From Spirulina sp. (lineage in GTDB: Bacteria; Cyanobacteriota; Cyanobacteriia; Phormidesmidales; Phormidesmidaceae), in assembly GCA_044070495.1 (NCBI GenBank), contig JBIPSI010000019.1, forward strand, positions 32,001-96,000: 64,000 nucleotides of DNA, written 5' to 3'. Below are positions 1 to 8,244 of this stretch, in pieces. The notes below the pieces were generated by a model. That model did not search any database. It was not told the origin of the DNA and saw only the letters and a program-made list of their open reading frames with translations. Position 1 is the stretch's first letter. Each line of letters opens with the position of its first letter. A program made the position numbers and the translations under genes.

Positions 1-1
1 C

Positions 2-685
2 ATCCTCGCCGTGGGACGATTGGTGGAGAAAAAGGGCTTTGGGGATTTGATTAAAGCCTGTGGATTACTGGCACAGCGCCAGGTCGATTTTCGCTGCGAC
101 ATTGTGGGCACCGGGGAACTGGCCGCCGACCTCCAGGCCCAGATTGAGGCGGCGAATCTTCAGCCCTGGGTGTCGCTGATTGGCCCCCAGCCCCAGGCGG
201 AGATTAAGCGCTGGGTGCAGTCTGCCGCCGTGTTTGCCGCCCCCTGCGTGGTGGGCACCGATGGCAACCGCGACGGCCTACCCACCGTGCTGCTAGAGGC
301 GATGGCCCTTGGTACACCCTGCGTTTCCACCGATGTGACGGGTATTCCTGAAGTGTTGCAGCACGAAGTTACAGGGCTTCAGGTTCCCCAGCGAGATCCC
401 GTCGCCCTCGCCCTCGCCCTAGAACGGCTGCTGCGGGATGCCCACTTGCGGGTTGCTCTCGCCACCCATGCCCGTCAGCGGATTGAGACCAATTTCAACA
501 TTCACACCAATGCCGCCCACTTGCGACGGGTGTTTCGCCAGGTTGGCGGAAGGATGCCCCGTGCAGAGTCGCGCCCTGATTTGCAGGCGGATTCCCTCGA
601 CAGTGCCCCGTCCAATGCCTCATCCCACTTGCAGGGAAGCGCTACGTCTACCGAACCGAACCCCACCCTCCAGGAGGTGCGCTAA
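2..685 (+). CDS. Glycosyltransferase family 4 (GT-B), 5'-truncated by window edge
   Basis: VGRLVEKKG and DGLPTVLLEAMALGTPCVSTDVTGIPE motifs; frame is open from position 2; stop overlaps the next ATG (TAATG). Confidence 0.9.
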   Translation: MLAVGRLVEKKGFGDLIKACGLLAQRQVDFRCDIVGTGELAADLQAQIEAANLQPWVSLIGPQPQAEIKRWVQSAAVFAAPCVVGTDGNRDGLPTVLLEAMALGTPCVSTDVTGIPEVLQHEVTGLQVPQRDPVALALALERLLRDAHLRVALATHARQRIETNFNIHTNAAHLRRVFRQVGGRMPRAESRPDLQADSLDSAPSNASSHLQGSATSTEPNPTLQEVR

Positions 686-2079
686 TGCAGATTGCCTACG
701 TTTGTGCCGACTATGGCGTGCCCGTCTTTGGCCGCAAGGGTTGCTCCATCCATGTGCAAGAGGTGATTCGCGCCCTGCTTCAACAAGGCCATCACGTCAC
801 CCTAATCGCTGCCCGTCTGGGGGGAGATCCGCCCGCCGATTTAGCCCAGGTGCCCGTCCATCGGCTCCCCGCCATCCCCAAGCAAGACCGCGCCCAGCGA
901 GAACAGGCCGAACTCGCCATCAACCTCAACCTACGCTTTTCCTTGGAAACCGCTGGCCCCTTCGACCTGGTGTATGAGCGCTATTCCCTCTGGAGCTTTG
1001 CGGCGATGGAATACGGGCGAGATCAGGCCATCCCCGCCGTCCTAGAAGTGAACGCCCCGCTGATTGAGGAGCAGGCCCGCTATCGCCAGTTGGTATATCC
1101 CCAAAAGGCCCAGTGGGTGGCCCGACGGGCGTTTTCTGCCGCTGATGCTTTGGTGGCCGTATCCCAAGGCGTGGCCGATTATTTGGCGACCTTTCCTGAA
1201 ACGGAAAACTGTGTGTACGTCATCCCCAACGGCGTCAATGTAGCGCGATTTACCGACCGTTTCCCACGTCCCCACCACCCCGCGTCCCCACCACCCCACA
1301 TTCCCCCCTTCACCGTGGGCTTTGTGGGCACGATGAAAACCTGGCACGGCTTGCCAACCCTGATGGCGGCGTTTCGCAAATTGCATGATGCCTGTCCCCA
1401 GGCGCGGCTGCTGATGGTGGGCGATGGCCCCGCCCGATTAGACTGCGCCGCCGAGATGGAGCAGCATGGACTAGGGGCAGCCGTTCAGTGGACAGGAGCC
1501 GTAGAACCGGAGCAAATCCCCCAATGGCTGGCCCAGATGGATGTGGCCGTGGCCCCCTATCCGCCCCTGGAACAGTTCTACTTTTCGCCCCTCAAGGTGT
1601 ACGAATACATGGCCGCTGGGCTGCCCGTCATCGCCAGCGATATTGGCCAACTGCGTCAGGTGATCACCCCCGGAGAAACCGGACTGCTAGTGCCGCCAGG
1701 AGATGAGGAAGCCCTGGTTCAGGCGCTTTTGCAGTTGCACCGAAACCCGACCTTGCGCCAACAATTGGGACAACAAGCCCAGCGCCAAATCGCCACCCAT
1801 CACACCTGGTTGCAGGTGGTAGACCGCATTTTGAACGTAGCTGGCCCTCACCCCCAGCCCCTCTCCCAAGAAGGAGAGGGGAGCCGGAAGGAGATTTCGT
1901 CTGATGTGAGGTTCGTGGATGGCGAAGTCTCCGCTTGCCCTCACCCCCAGCCCCTCTCCCAGGAGGGAGAGGGGAGCCAGCAAGGGATTGTTTCTGGCTC
2001 TAAGCGCTCTCTTCCAGAAAAAGTCCAACCCCAAGAGAATCCCTCAAAGTCCCTCTCCCACCTTGGGAGAGGGATTTAG
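685..2079 (+). CDS. Glycosyltransferase family 4, with a repeat-derived C-terminal tail
   Basis: VGFVGTMKTWHG and FSPLKVYEYMAAGLPVIASDIG motifs; the last ~78 aa are translated DNA repeats. Confidence 0.9.
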   Translation: MQIAYVCADYGVPVFGRKGCSIHVQEVIRALLQQGHHVTLIAARLGGDPPADLAQVPVHRLPAIPKQDRAQREQAELAINLNLRFSLETAGPFDLVYERYSLWSFAAMEYGRDQAIPAVLEVNAPLIEEQARYRQLVYPQKAQWVARRAFSAADALVAVSQGVADYLATFPETENCVYVIPNGVNVARFTDRFPRPHHPASPPPHIPPFTVGFVGTMKTWHGLPTLMAAFRKLHDACPQARLLMVGDGPARLDCAAEMEQHGLGAAVQWTGAVEPEQIPQWLAQMDVAVAPYPPLEQFYFSPLKVYEYMAAGLPVIASDIGQLRQVITPGETGLLVPPGDEEALVQALLQLHRNPTLRQQLGQQAQRQIATHHTWLQVVDRILNVAGPHPQPLSQEGEGSRKEISSDVRFVDGEVSACPHPQPLSQEGEGSQQGIVSGSKRSLPEKVQPQENPSKSLSHLGRGI

Positions 2080-2088
2080 GGTGAGGGC
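1844..2088. repeat. Cluster of small dispersed cyanobacterial hairpin repeats (CCCTCACCCCCAGCCCCTCTCCC...GGGAGAGGGG)
   Basis: Direct copies at 1844-1885 and 1937-1978; inverted copy at 2049-2088; related copy split at 12207-12432. Confidence 0.85.
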
Positions 2089-2131
2089 CAACCCCATCCG
2101 CCAAGCAACCTACCCCCCACTCATCAACCCT

Positions 2132-3979
2132 ATGTCCCGACCCACTCACTTAAAAGACATGGTGCCCAGCCTAGCCGACATGGTGCGGCGGTTTTGGCCC
2201 TACATTCGTCAAGAGCGCAGCCTGGTAACGATGGCCCTGGTGGCCTTGGTGGCCCAGGTGGCGCTGCGGCTGCTGGAACCTTGGCCCATGAAGGTGATTT
2301 TCGACCATGTGATCCCTGTGGGCGGCGCGGCCCCGTCGTCCCAGGGGATTGCAACGCCCTGGGGAGAGCTTTCGACCACCGGGCTGCTGTGGGGTTCGGC
2401 GGCGGCGATGGTGGCCATTGTGGCGGTGCGGGCCATGGCGGAATACTTTAGTACCGTGGGTTTTGCCCTGGCCGGAAGCCGCGTACTAACTCAGGTGCGG
2501 GACGACTTGTATTGCCATTTGCAGCGGTTGTCTCTGCGGTTCCACAACCAGGCCCGCAGCGGCGAACTCACCCTGCGCGTAATCAGCGATGTGGGGATGC
2601 TCAAGGAAGTGGTGGTCACCGCCCTGCTGCCGATGCTGGGCAACACCCTGATTTTGCTGGGCATGGTGGGGCTGATGCTGTGGCTGCATTTGGAACTCAC
2701 CCTGCTAGCCCTGGCGACGATTCCCCTGTTTTCCTTGACGACGGTACGCATGAGCCACCGGATTCGGGAGGTTTCGCGGCAACAGCGGAGGCGGGAGGGT
2801 TCCATGGCCTCGGCGGCAGCGGAATCCATGGCGGCGATTAAGGTGGTGAAGGCGCTATCCTTAGAACCTGCCTTTGCCCAGGTGTTCACCCAGCAAAGTA
2901 AAAAGACCCTCAAGGATGGCGTCAAGGCCAAACGGCTGGCGGCCAAACTGGAGCGCTCCGTAGACCTGATCATCGCCCTCGCCACCGCCCTAGTGCTCGG
3001 TCGGGGGGCGCACCTCGTCACCCACGGAGCCCTGACCCCAGGGGATTTGCTGGTGTTCTTGGCCTACCTCAAAAACGCCTTTCGGCCCGTGCGCGACTTC
3101 GCCAAATACACCGCCCGCTTGGCCAAGGCCTCCGCCGCCGGGGAACGCATTTTGAACCTGCTGGACGAAACCCCCGACATTGTGGATGCCCCCCACGCCG
3201 TCGCCGCGTCCCCCTTCCAAGGGCAGATCGAACTCCGCCACGTCTCCTTTGCCTACGAACCCGGACAGCCGATTCTCAACAACATTTCCCTCCAGGTCGC
3301 CCCAGGGCAACAGGTCGCCATCGTGGGGCCATCGGGCAGTGGCAAATCCACCCTGGCCAGCCTCATCTTGCGCCTCTACGACCCCAACCAAGGCCAAATC
3401 TGCATCGACGGCACCGACATCCGCGACTACACCCAAGACTCCCTCCGCGCCCAAATTAGCGTGGTGCTGCAAGATAGCCTGCTGTTCGCCGCCACCATCG
3501 CCGAAAACATCGCCTACGGCAACCCCCAGGCCACCGCCGCCGAAATTCGCCACGCCGCCCAACTGGCCAACGCCCACGAATTCATCGAACGCCTGCCCCA
3601 GGGCTACGAAACCCCCGTCGGAGAACGCGGCGTCACCCTCTCCGGCGGCCAACGCCAACGCCTCGCCATCGCCCGCGCCGCCGTACGCCAGTCCCCCATT
3701 CTGCTCCTGGATGAACCCACCACCGGACTCGACAAAGACAACGAACGCACCGTCATTGAAGCCCTGCAACGGGTGAGCCAAGCCAGCACCACCCTCACCA
3801 TCACCCACGACCTCACCCTCGCCGCCCAGGCCGACCACATCATCTACATGGAACGCGGCACCATCCTGGAACAGGGCACCCACACCGACCTCCTCCACCG
3901 CCAAGGCCCCTACGCCACCCTCTACCGCCTCCAACTCGCCCAGGGTGGAGAAACTTCCCTGCTGCTGCCGAGTGCGTAA
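2132..3979 (+). CDS. ABC exporter, fused permease plus ATP-binding domain
   Basis: TM helices, Walker A GPSGSGKST, signature LSGGQRQR, Walker B ILLLDE; start placed at ATG 2132 because the upstream ORF extension is repeat sequence. Confidence 0.92.
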   Translation: MSRPTHLKDMVPSLADMVRRFWPYIRQERSLVTMALVALVAQVALRLLEPWPMKVIFDHVIPVGGAAPSSQGIATPWGELSTTGLLWGSAAAMVAIVAVRAMAEYFSTVGFALAGSRVLTQVRDDLYCHLQRLSLRFHNQARSGELTLRVISDVGMLKEVVVTALLPMLGNTLILLGMVGLMLWLHLELTLLALATIPLFSLTTVRMSHRIREVSRQQRRREGSMASAAAESMAAIKVVKALSLEPAFAQVFTQQSKKTLKDGVKAKRLAAKLERSVDLIIALATALVLGRGAHLVTHGALTPGDLLVFLAYLKNAFRPVRDFAKYTARLAKASAAGERILNLLDETPDIVDAPHAVAASPFQGQIELRHVSFAYEPGQPILNNISLQVAPGQQVAIVGPSGSGKSTLASLILRLYDPNQGQICIDGTDIRDYTQDSLRAQISVVLQDSLLFAATIAENIAYGNPQATAAEIRHAAQLANAHEFIERLPQGYETPVGERGVTLSGGQRQRLAIARAAVRQSPILLLDEPTTGLDKDNERTVIEALQRVSQASTTLTITHDLTLAAQADHIIYMERGTILEQGTHTDLLHRQGPYATLYRLQLAQGGETSLLLPSA

Positions 3980-4026
3980 ATGGGCAAAACAAAACGCTAT
4001 CCGTTCAGCAACAGTAGAATGGATTA

Positions 4027-4124
4027 GTAGGGTGGGCACTGCCCACCATCAAATTTAAGCTGCCTCGGTTGACCCGATTTTTCTTAGTTTGTCGAGTTAC
4101 ATTGAGCGATTTTGCGTTCTTCTG
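4027..4124. repeat. REP left arm plus spacer of an interrupted REPIN-like element
   Basis: GTAGGGTGGGCACTGCCCACC at 4027-4047, then a spacer homologous to those at 7046-7136 and 8082-8172; right palindrome absent. Confidence 0.85.
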
Positions 4125-4126
4125 AA

Positions 4127-4183
4127 TTTCAACTGATAGTTTTCTAACTTGTCAAGGAGGAAATTATTCGATGGATTCCCTAG
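4127..4183 (+). pseudogene. xisH: xisH 3'-end remnant
   Basis: Translates FQLIVF*LVKEEIIRWIP*, resembling the XisH C-terminus, and overlaps the xisI start as in xisHI pairs. Confidence 0.65.
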
Positions 4184-4506
4184 ATCAGTGGCGCACGATT
4201 TTAGAAGCAACACTGCAAACCTACGCAGAGCTGCCCTATACCCTGGGCGATGTATCAACCTATGTTGTCGTCAGTCGTGATAGCAATCACTTTTTTCTGA
4301 TGCATGAGGGTTGGCAAGGAAATCGGAGAATCCATGGAATCGTTGTCCATGCTGAAATTCGCGATAAAAAAATCTGGATTCACTACGATGGCATTGAGGG
4401 CAGCATCACTGAAGAACTCGTTGCAGCAGGCATTGCTAAAGAAAACATCGTGCTAGCCTTTCATCCACCCTATATTCGAGAGCATACAGGTTATGCCGTC
4501 GCCTAA
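4171..4506 (+). CDS. xisI: XisI family protein
   Basis: GWQGNRRIHG...KIWIHYDGIEGSITEELVAAGIAKENIVLAFHPP family motif. Confidence 0.92.
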   Translation: MDSLDQWRTILEATLQTYAELPYTLGDVSTYVVVSRDSNHFFLMHEGWQGNRRIHGIVVHAEIRDKKIWIHYDGIEGSITEELVAAGIAKENIVLAFHPPYIREHTGYAVA

Positions 4507-4518
4507 AGAAGATAATTG

Positions 4519-4611
4519 CTACCGTGGTTGAAGCCAATGGTGGTGATCCTGAGTAAGGCGGGCATCCTGCTGCACCCACCAAACCCAGATGTGGGTATCG
4601 AGCACAATCAT
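4519..4611 (-). pseudogene. vapC: Truncated VapC/PIN toxin (30 aa)
   Basis: MIVLDTHIWVWWVQQDARLTQDHHHWLQPR*; ATGA overlap with the upstream antitoxin; ends at the GTAG of a REP terminus. Confidence 0.8.
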
Positions 4612-4850
4612 TGCAAAGCATCCCAGTCTTCTAGGGGAATCGCAGGAGCGAAAGGATCGTCATAGCGGTAAGGCTGTTGGCCTGAAGCAAGCGCTGTATC
4701 TAAATCGGGCGTAGGCGCTGGGGTCGTTGCTAGGAGTCGTTGCCCCTGGGGGTACTTTGTCTTGAGAAAGCAGAGAAAGTCCAATACCTCAGTAATCAGA
4801 GGATCAGACACATTATCGAGTTCTTGAATCAGCAGGTCTTTGGGTGTCAT
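4608..4850 (-). CDS. Putative antitoxin (DUF2281-like)
   Basis: 80 aa, LIQEL...EVLDFLCFLK motif, translationally coupled to the vapC fragment. Confidence 0.7.
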   Translation of the reverse strand: MTPKDLLIQELDNVSDPLITEVLDFLCFLKTKYPQGQRLLATTPAPTPDLDTALASGQQPYRYDDPFAPAIPLEDWDALQ

Positions 4851-4885
4851 GGCATCCCTCCCTCAAAACCAAAATCTCATTACCG

Positions 4886-5134
4886 TTACTCCACCATGAC
4901 ATACCGAGTTAGCACCCGCATGATTTCGTGACTGCGCTCGGTGGGTTGGGGGATGCTCCATTCGCGGACTTCGGCAAAGCCGAGGCGATAGAGTTCGTGG
5001 ATGATGCGTTCTACACCGTGGGCGCTGCCGATCACCAAAATGCGAATCACCTCTCGCCCTGGGGCGTTGGCGGGTGCAAGGGTGACTTGCAAGGCTGGGT
5101 CAGCCAAGGTTGACGGGATAAAGGCTTGCGGCAT
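4886..5134 (-). CDS. Small conserved cyanobacterial protein of unknown function
   Basis: 82 aa, ILVIGS...IIHELYRLGFAEVREWS.PQPT pattern; AGGAG RBS; divergent from the XRE gene. Confidence 0.75.
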   Translation of the reverse strand: MPQAFIPSTLADPALQVTLAPANAPGREVIRILVIGSAHGVERIIHELYRLGFAEVREWSIPQPTERSHEIMRVLTRYVMVE

Positions 5135-5146
5135 GGAAGGCTCCTT

Positions 5147-5205
5147 TGTTGCTTAATGGATCACAACATAGCACCAATTTCAGAATTGTGATCCACTAAG
5201 CAACA
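5147..5205. promoter_or_regulatory. 20-bp inverted repeat, putative operator between divergent genes
   Basis: TGTTGCTTAATGGATCACAA (5147-5166) and TTGTGATCCACTAAGCAACA (5186-5205), 1 mismatch, 19-bp spacer. Confidence 0.7.
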
Positions 5206-5240
5206 TTTACGTTCTCGTGACTCTCTGCCAAAGTTGGAGC

Positions 5241-5489
5241 ATGGGTAGAGCAAGCCACGCACTAAAACAGGTGTTAGACACCTACGGCATTAGCCAAAAC
5301 CAGCTTGCCGGAGCTATGGGTGTAGAGCGGGGTAGCGTTTCCCGTTGGTACCACGACAAACGCGATCCGACGGCAGAGACAGTGGTGGAGATTGTGGAGG
5401 CCCTAAAAGCACTTAATTTTCATGCTGCTGAGGAGTTTGTAACTTTGTATTTAAGCAATATACTGACGAAAGATCAGCATTTAATTTAA
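5241..5489 (+). CDS. XRE-family HTH transcriptional regulator
   Basis: ISQNQLAGAMGVERGSVSRWYHDKRDP HTH; ATG 5241 preferred over GTG 5217. Confidence 0.88.
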   Translation: MGRASHALKQVLDTYGISQNQLAGAMGVERGSVSRWYHDKRDPTAETVVEIVEALKALNFHAAEEFVTLYLSNILTKDQHLI

Positions 5490-5593
5490 TTGACATTCTT
5501 TCAGGATGCTAGCATAGCTCATCGTTAAATTCGTCATCCATCATGATGCAGAATTCAAAAAACACACCAATAATTTCATAAAAGATATTAAGA

Positions 5594-6193
5594 ATGGACT
5601 GTATTACAATATTTATTGCTCAGGCATCATCGCCGCCGCCAATACCGATAACGAACAGTGGCCAACAAGCACTTGGACTAGACTGGCAAACTATTATCAT
5701 CGCTGTTTTGACGGGTACTTCAGCAGGCCTTCTATCTGCACTACTAACCCCTTGGTCTCAACTAGCTATTGACATAAAAAAGGATGAACGCAAAAGCATA
5801 CGTATTACTGTTGAGCATCTACAAGATTTGATTGACACTCAAATTGAAATACGTTATTTAATGGAGGCTATGTGCTTTCAGGAATTTATCCTGCGCCTAA
5901 ATTCATCTATTAAACGTGAGCTATTCAGACTTATAGATGAGTATGAAGAACAATTAAAAAATCTTCTAGATGCAGAAACTGAAGTGAGGCGTAAGGCAAA
6001 ACAGGATCTAGAAGACGAGAAGAATTTTATTGAGAAAGAAACTCATTTGCCAGTAGACGATTCTGCTCAACGTGGCTTACTCTCTGAGCGTGTAAGCGAT
6101 ATTATTTTTGAAAAAAAACAAGAGTTAGCAAAACCTCTTCGTGTTTTCCTAGCCAAGCAAATAGCTATACTTAAGAAAAAATGGAGCTTGTGA
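5594..6193 (+). CDS. Hypothetical membrane-anchored helical protein (AT-rich)
   Basis: 199-aa ORF with one N-terminal hydrophobic segment and a charged coiled-coil-like body. Confidence 0.75.
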   Translation: MDCITIFIAQASSPPPIPITNSGQQALGLDWQTIIIAVLTGTSAGLLSALLTPWSQLAIDIKKDERKSIRITVEHLQDLIDTQIEIRYLMEAMCFQEFILRLNSSIKRELFRLIDEYEEQLKNLLDAETEVRRKAKQDLEDEKNFIEKETHLPVDDSAQRGLLSERVSDIIFEKKQELAKPLRVFLAKQIAILKKKWSL

Positions 6194-6202
6194 CGACAAA
6201 CT

Positions 6203-6955
6203 ATGAGTAAAGCGACGCATGCTTTGATCGTTGCCACTTTGTCAGCACCAAATACTACCAGTTCACAGACACCTTCATCACCTCAAATATCGAATCAATT
6301 GGATATGGATATCGCGGTAGTCATAGCTGCCCTCATAACTGCTGCTATTTCCTTGGCAACTACACTAATTAATTTGCGAATCCAACGAAGAATAGAGCAA
6401 AGCCGTCAAGAGCTAGAGAGACAACTTCAACATGAGAAGCGCAACCATGAGATAGCAATTGAAAATTTAAGAGCAGATAACGAACATAAGCTTAAAAATC
6501 AGCCTCGTCGTCTTGAGTTTATCGGCTTCTGGAGAAAGATGCTCTACAAAGACGCGACGACTTATGAAGATATACTAAAGGAAGAGTCATATAAAACCTT
6601 AGAGAAGTTTATCGCTTCTGAAGTGTGTGCTATGTTGCAAAAAGAAATTGAAGAGTCGAAAGAGAAACTAGAAAAACTCAATAAATCTCTTGAATGGAAG
6701 GAGAAAGTTTATAACGGAAAATGGTGGGATGAAGACGAAGCTGAGTATCAACTACAACAAGATCTTGTCTACTATTCAAAATCTTGGATGGAGTATGAAG
6801 GTGATTATGTTGGCATTTTAGAAGCACTAGAAAGTATGGCAGAAACTAGGCATGAAATTTATCAGATAAAACAGGATTTAACCACGCTCATGAAGACTCA
6901 ACTCATAGAAGAACTGCGAAGACTTGAAACGGAAGAATGGAAGTTGCTGAGCTAA
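6203..6955 (+). CDS. Hypothetical membrane-anchored coiled-coil protein (AT-rich)
   Basis: 250-aa ORF, TM segment IAVVIAALITAAISLATTLI, 9 bp after the previous gene. Confidence 0.75.
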   Translation: MSKATHALIVATLSAPNTTSSQTPSSPQISNQLDMDIAVVIAALITAAISLATTLINLRIQRRIEQSRQELERQLQHEKRNHEIAIENLRADNEHKLKNQPRRLEFIGFWRKMLYKDATTYEDILKEESYKTLEKFIASEVCAMLQKEIEESKEKLEKLNKSLEWKEKVYNGKWWDEDEAEYQLQQDLVYYSKSWMEYEGDYVGILEALESMAETRHEIYQIKQDLTTLMKTQLIEELRRLETEEWKLLS

Positions 6956-7024
6956 ATGTGAACTGATTATCAATTGTTGTAGTAGAGTAAGACGCACAAC
7001 ATCCGTCATTCAGTAAGTAAGTAA

Positions 7025-7157
7025 GTACGGTGGGCACTGCCCACCATCAAATTTAAGCTGCCCCAGTTGGCTCAATCTTTCCTGAAACTAAGCCAGTTCA
7101 GCCGGGTTATCTTGGGCGATTTTGCGTTATTCCTGTGGTGGGCACTGCCCACCCTAC
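7025..7157. repeat. REPIN-like REP doublet (133 bp)
   Basis: Arms 7025-7045 (GTAC variant) and 7137-7157 in inverted orientation, each with the GGTGGGCA-n-TGCCCACC palindrome. Confidence 0.9.
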
Positions 7158-7246
7158 TGTGGATGAAGCCAATGGTGGTAATCCTGGGTAAGGCGGGTGT
7201 CCTGCTGTACTCAGCCAACCTAGATGTGGGGATCGAGCACAATCAT
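7154..7246 (-). pseudogene. vapC: Second, decayed copy of the truncated vapC fragment
   Basis: MIVLDPHI*VG*VQQDTRLTQDYHHWLHPQ*; 93 bp, colinear with 4519-4611 and with the same breakpoint. Confidence 0.8.
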
Positions 7247-7346
7247 GAGTCATCTAATCACAGTATTTGGTGACGGATGCCTGCTTGGCCCAAGCAAAAG
7301 CCCGTGGTCGCTATAATAGGCGCAAGTCTCTACATTGCCTGCTGCC

Positions 7347-7559
7347 ATGATCTCCCAACAACTCGAAGAGCGCTCTCAGCCCCTCGAAGCACGGGTTGCG
7401 GCTTTGGAAACAGAACTAACGCAGCTTAAACAGGTGTTAGCTGCCCTTCTGCCAAAGCCCACCCCCTGGTGGTCAAAGATTGCGGGTAGCTTTGAAGACG
7501 ATCCGACCTTCGATGCCGCGATGAACTTTGGCCAAGACTGGCGCAAGACCGCCGATTAG
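7347..7559 (+). CDS. Putative antitoxin
   Basis: 70 aa, LEARVAALE...WWSKIAGSFEDDPTFD pattern, directly upstream of vapC. Confidence 0.75.
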   Translation: MISQQLEERSQPLEARVAALETELTQLKQVLAALLPKPTPWWSKIAGSFEDDPTFDAAMNFGQDWRKTAD

Positions 7560-7575
7560 GTCGCTTGCCGCCATT

Positions 7576-7998
7576 ATGTACATCCTCGATACCGATCACC
7601 TCAGCTTCATTCAGCGCAAGAACCAGGCAGGGCAACGCATTTTACAAAAACTTGCTGCCATTGAAGAGGCTGAAATAGCCGTCACCATCATCACCTACGA
7701 AGAGCAGCTTAGAGGGCGGCTTCGGATTGTGGCTGGCGCAAAAACCGTTGAAGAGCAAGTTTCTGCCTATTACTGGCTGCACCAACTTGCTTTGGACTAC
7801 ACCTTAATTACCCTTGTGCCCTTCGACGCCAGTGCCGCCCAAATTTATGAGCGGCTGCGTAAAGCCTATCCTCGCCTCGGCACCATGGATCTCAAAATTG
7901 CAGCGATTGCGATTTCACGTCAGGCAACGCTTCTGACCCACAATATCTCAGACTTTCAGCAGATAGCCGATCTATTGGTCGAAGATTGGTCAATTTAA
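7576..7998 (+). CDS. vapC: VapC/PIN-domain toxin
   Basis: MYILDTDHLS...ITYEE...MDLKIAAIA...LLTHNISDF PIN motifs. Confidence 0.9.
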   Translation: MYILDTDHLSFIQRKNQAGQRILQKLAAIEEAEIAVTIITYEEQLRGRLRIVAGAKTVEEQVSAYYWLHQLALDYTLITLVPFDASAAQIYERLRKAYPRLGTMDLKIAAIAISRQATLLTHNISDFQQIADLLVEDWSI

Positions 7999-8060
7999 TC
8001 ACCCAACTTAACAGCAAATAGAGAGCAATGCTTACCCTTAAAATTAAGCGCCCCCAGTAA

Positions 8061-8193
8061 GTAGGGTGGGCACTGCCCACCATTAAATTTAAGCTGTCTC
8101 AGTTAGCCCAATCTTTCCTAAAACTAAGCTAGTTCAGCCGATTGTATTGGGGTGATTGTACATTCTTCCTGTGGTGGGCAGTGCCCACCCTAC
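8061..8193. repeat. REPIN-like REP doublet (133 bp)
   Basis: Arms 8061-8081 and 8173-8193; spacer homologous to 7046-7136. Confidence 0.9.
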
Positions 8194-8244
8194 CGTGGCT
8201 GCGATCACTGACTACCCCAGTGACCTAGCCCTCCTCGTCATTAC

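Noticed and set aside
1919..2131. 71-aa N-terminal extension of the ABC transporter ORF
   Set aside because: Consists of repeat sequence overlapping the upstream gene; ATG 2132 is more plausible.
2990..4039. 349-aa antisense ORF, and similar shadow ORFs over uvrB, guaA, hemA, glpX and 33271-34263
   Set aside because: Antisense shadows of well-supported genes caused by GC codon bias; no motifs.
7067..7273. 68-aa ORF (and the 63-aa ORF at 7892-8083)
   Set aside because: Translations of REPIN sequence or of the antisense strand of vapC.
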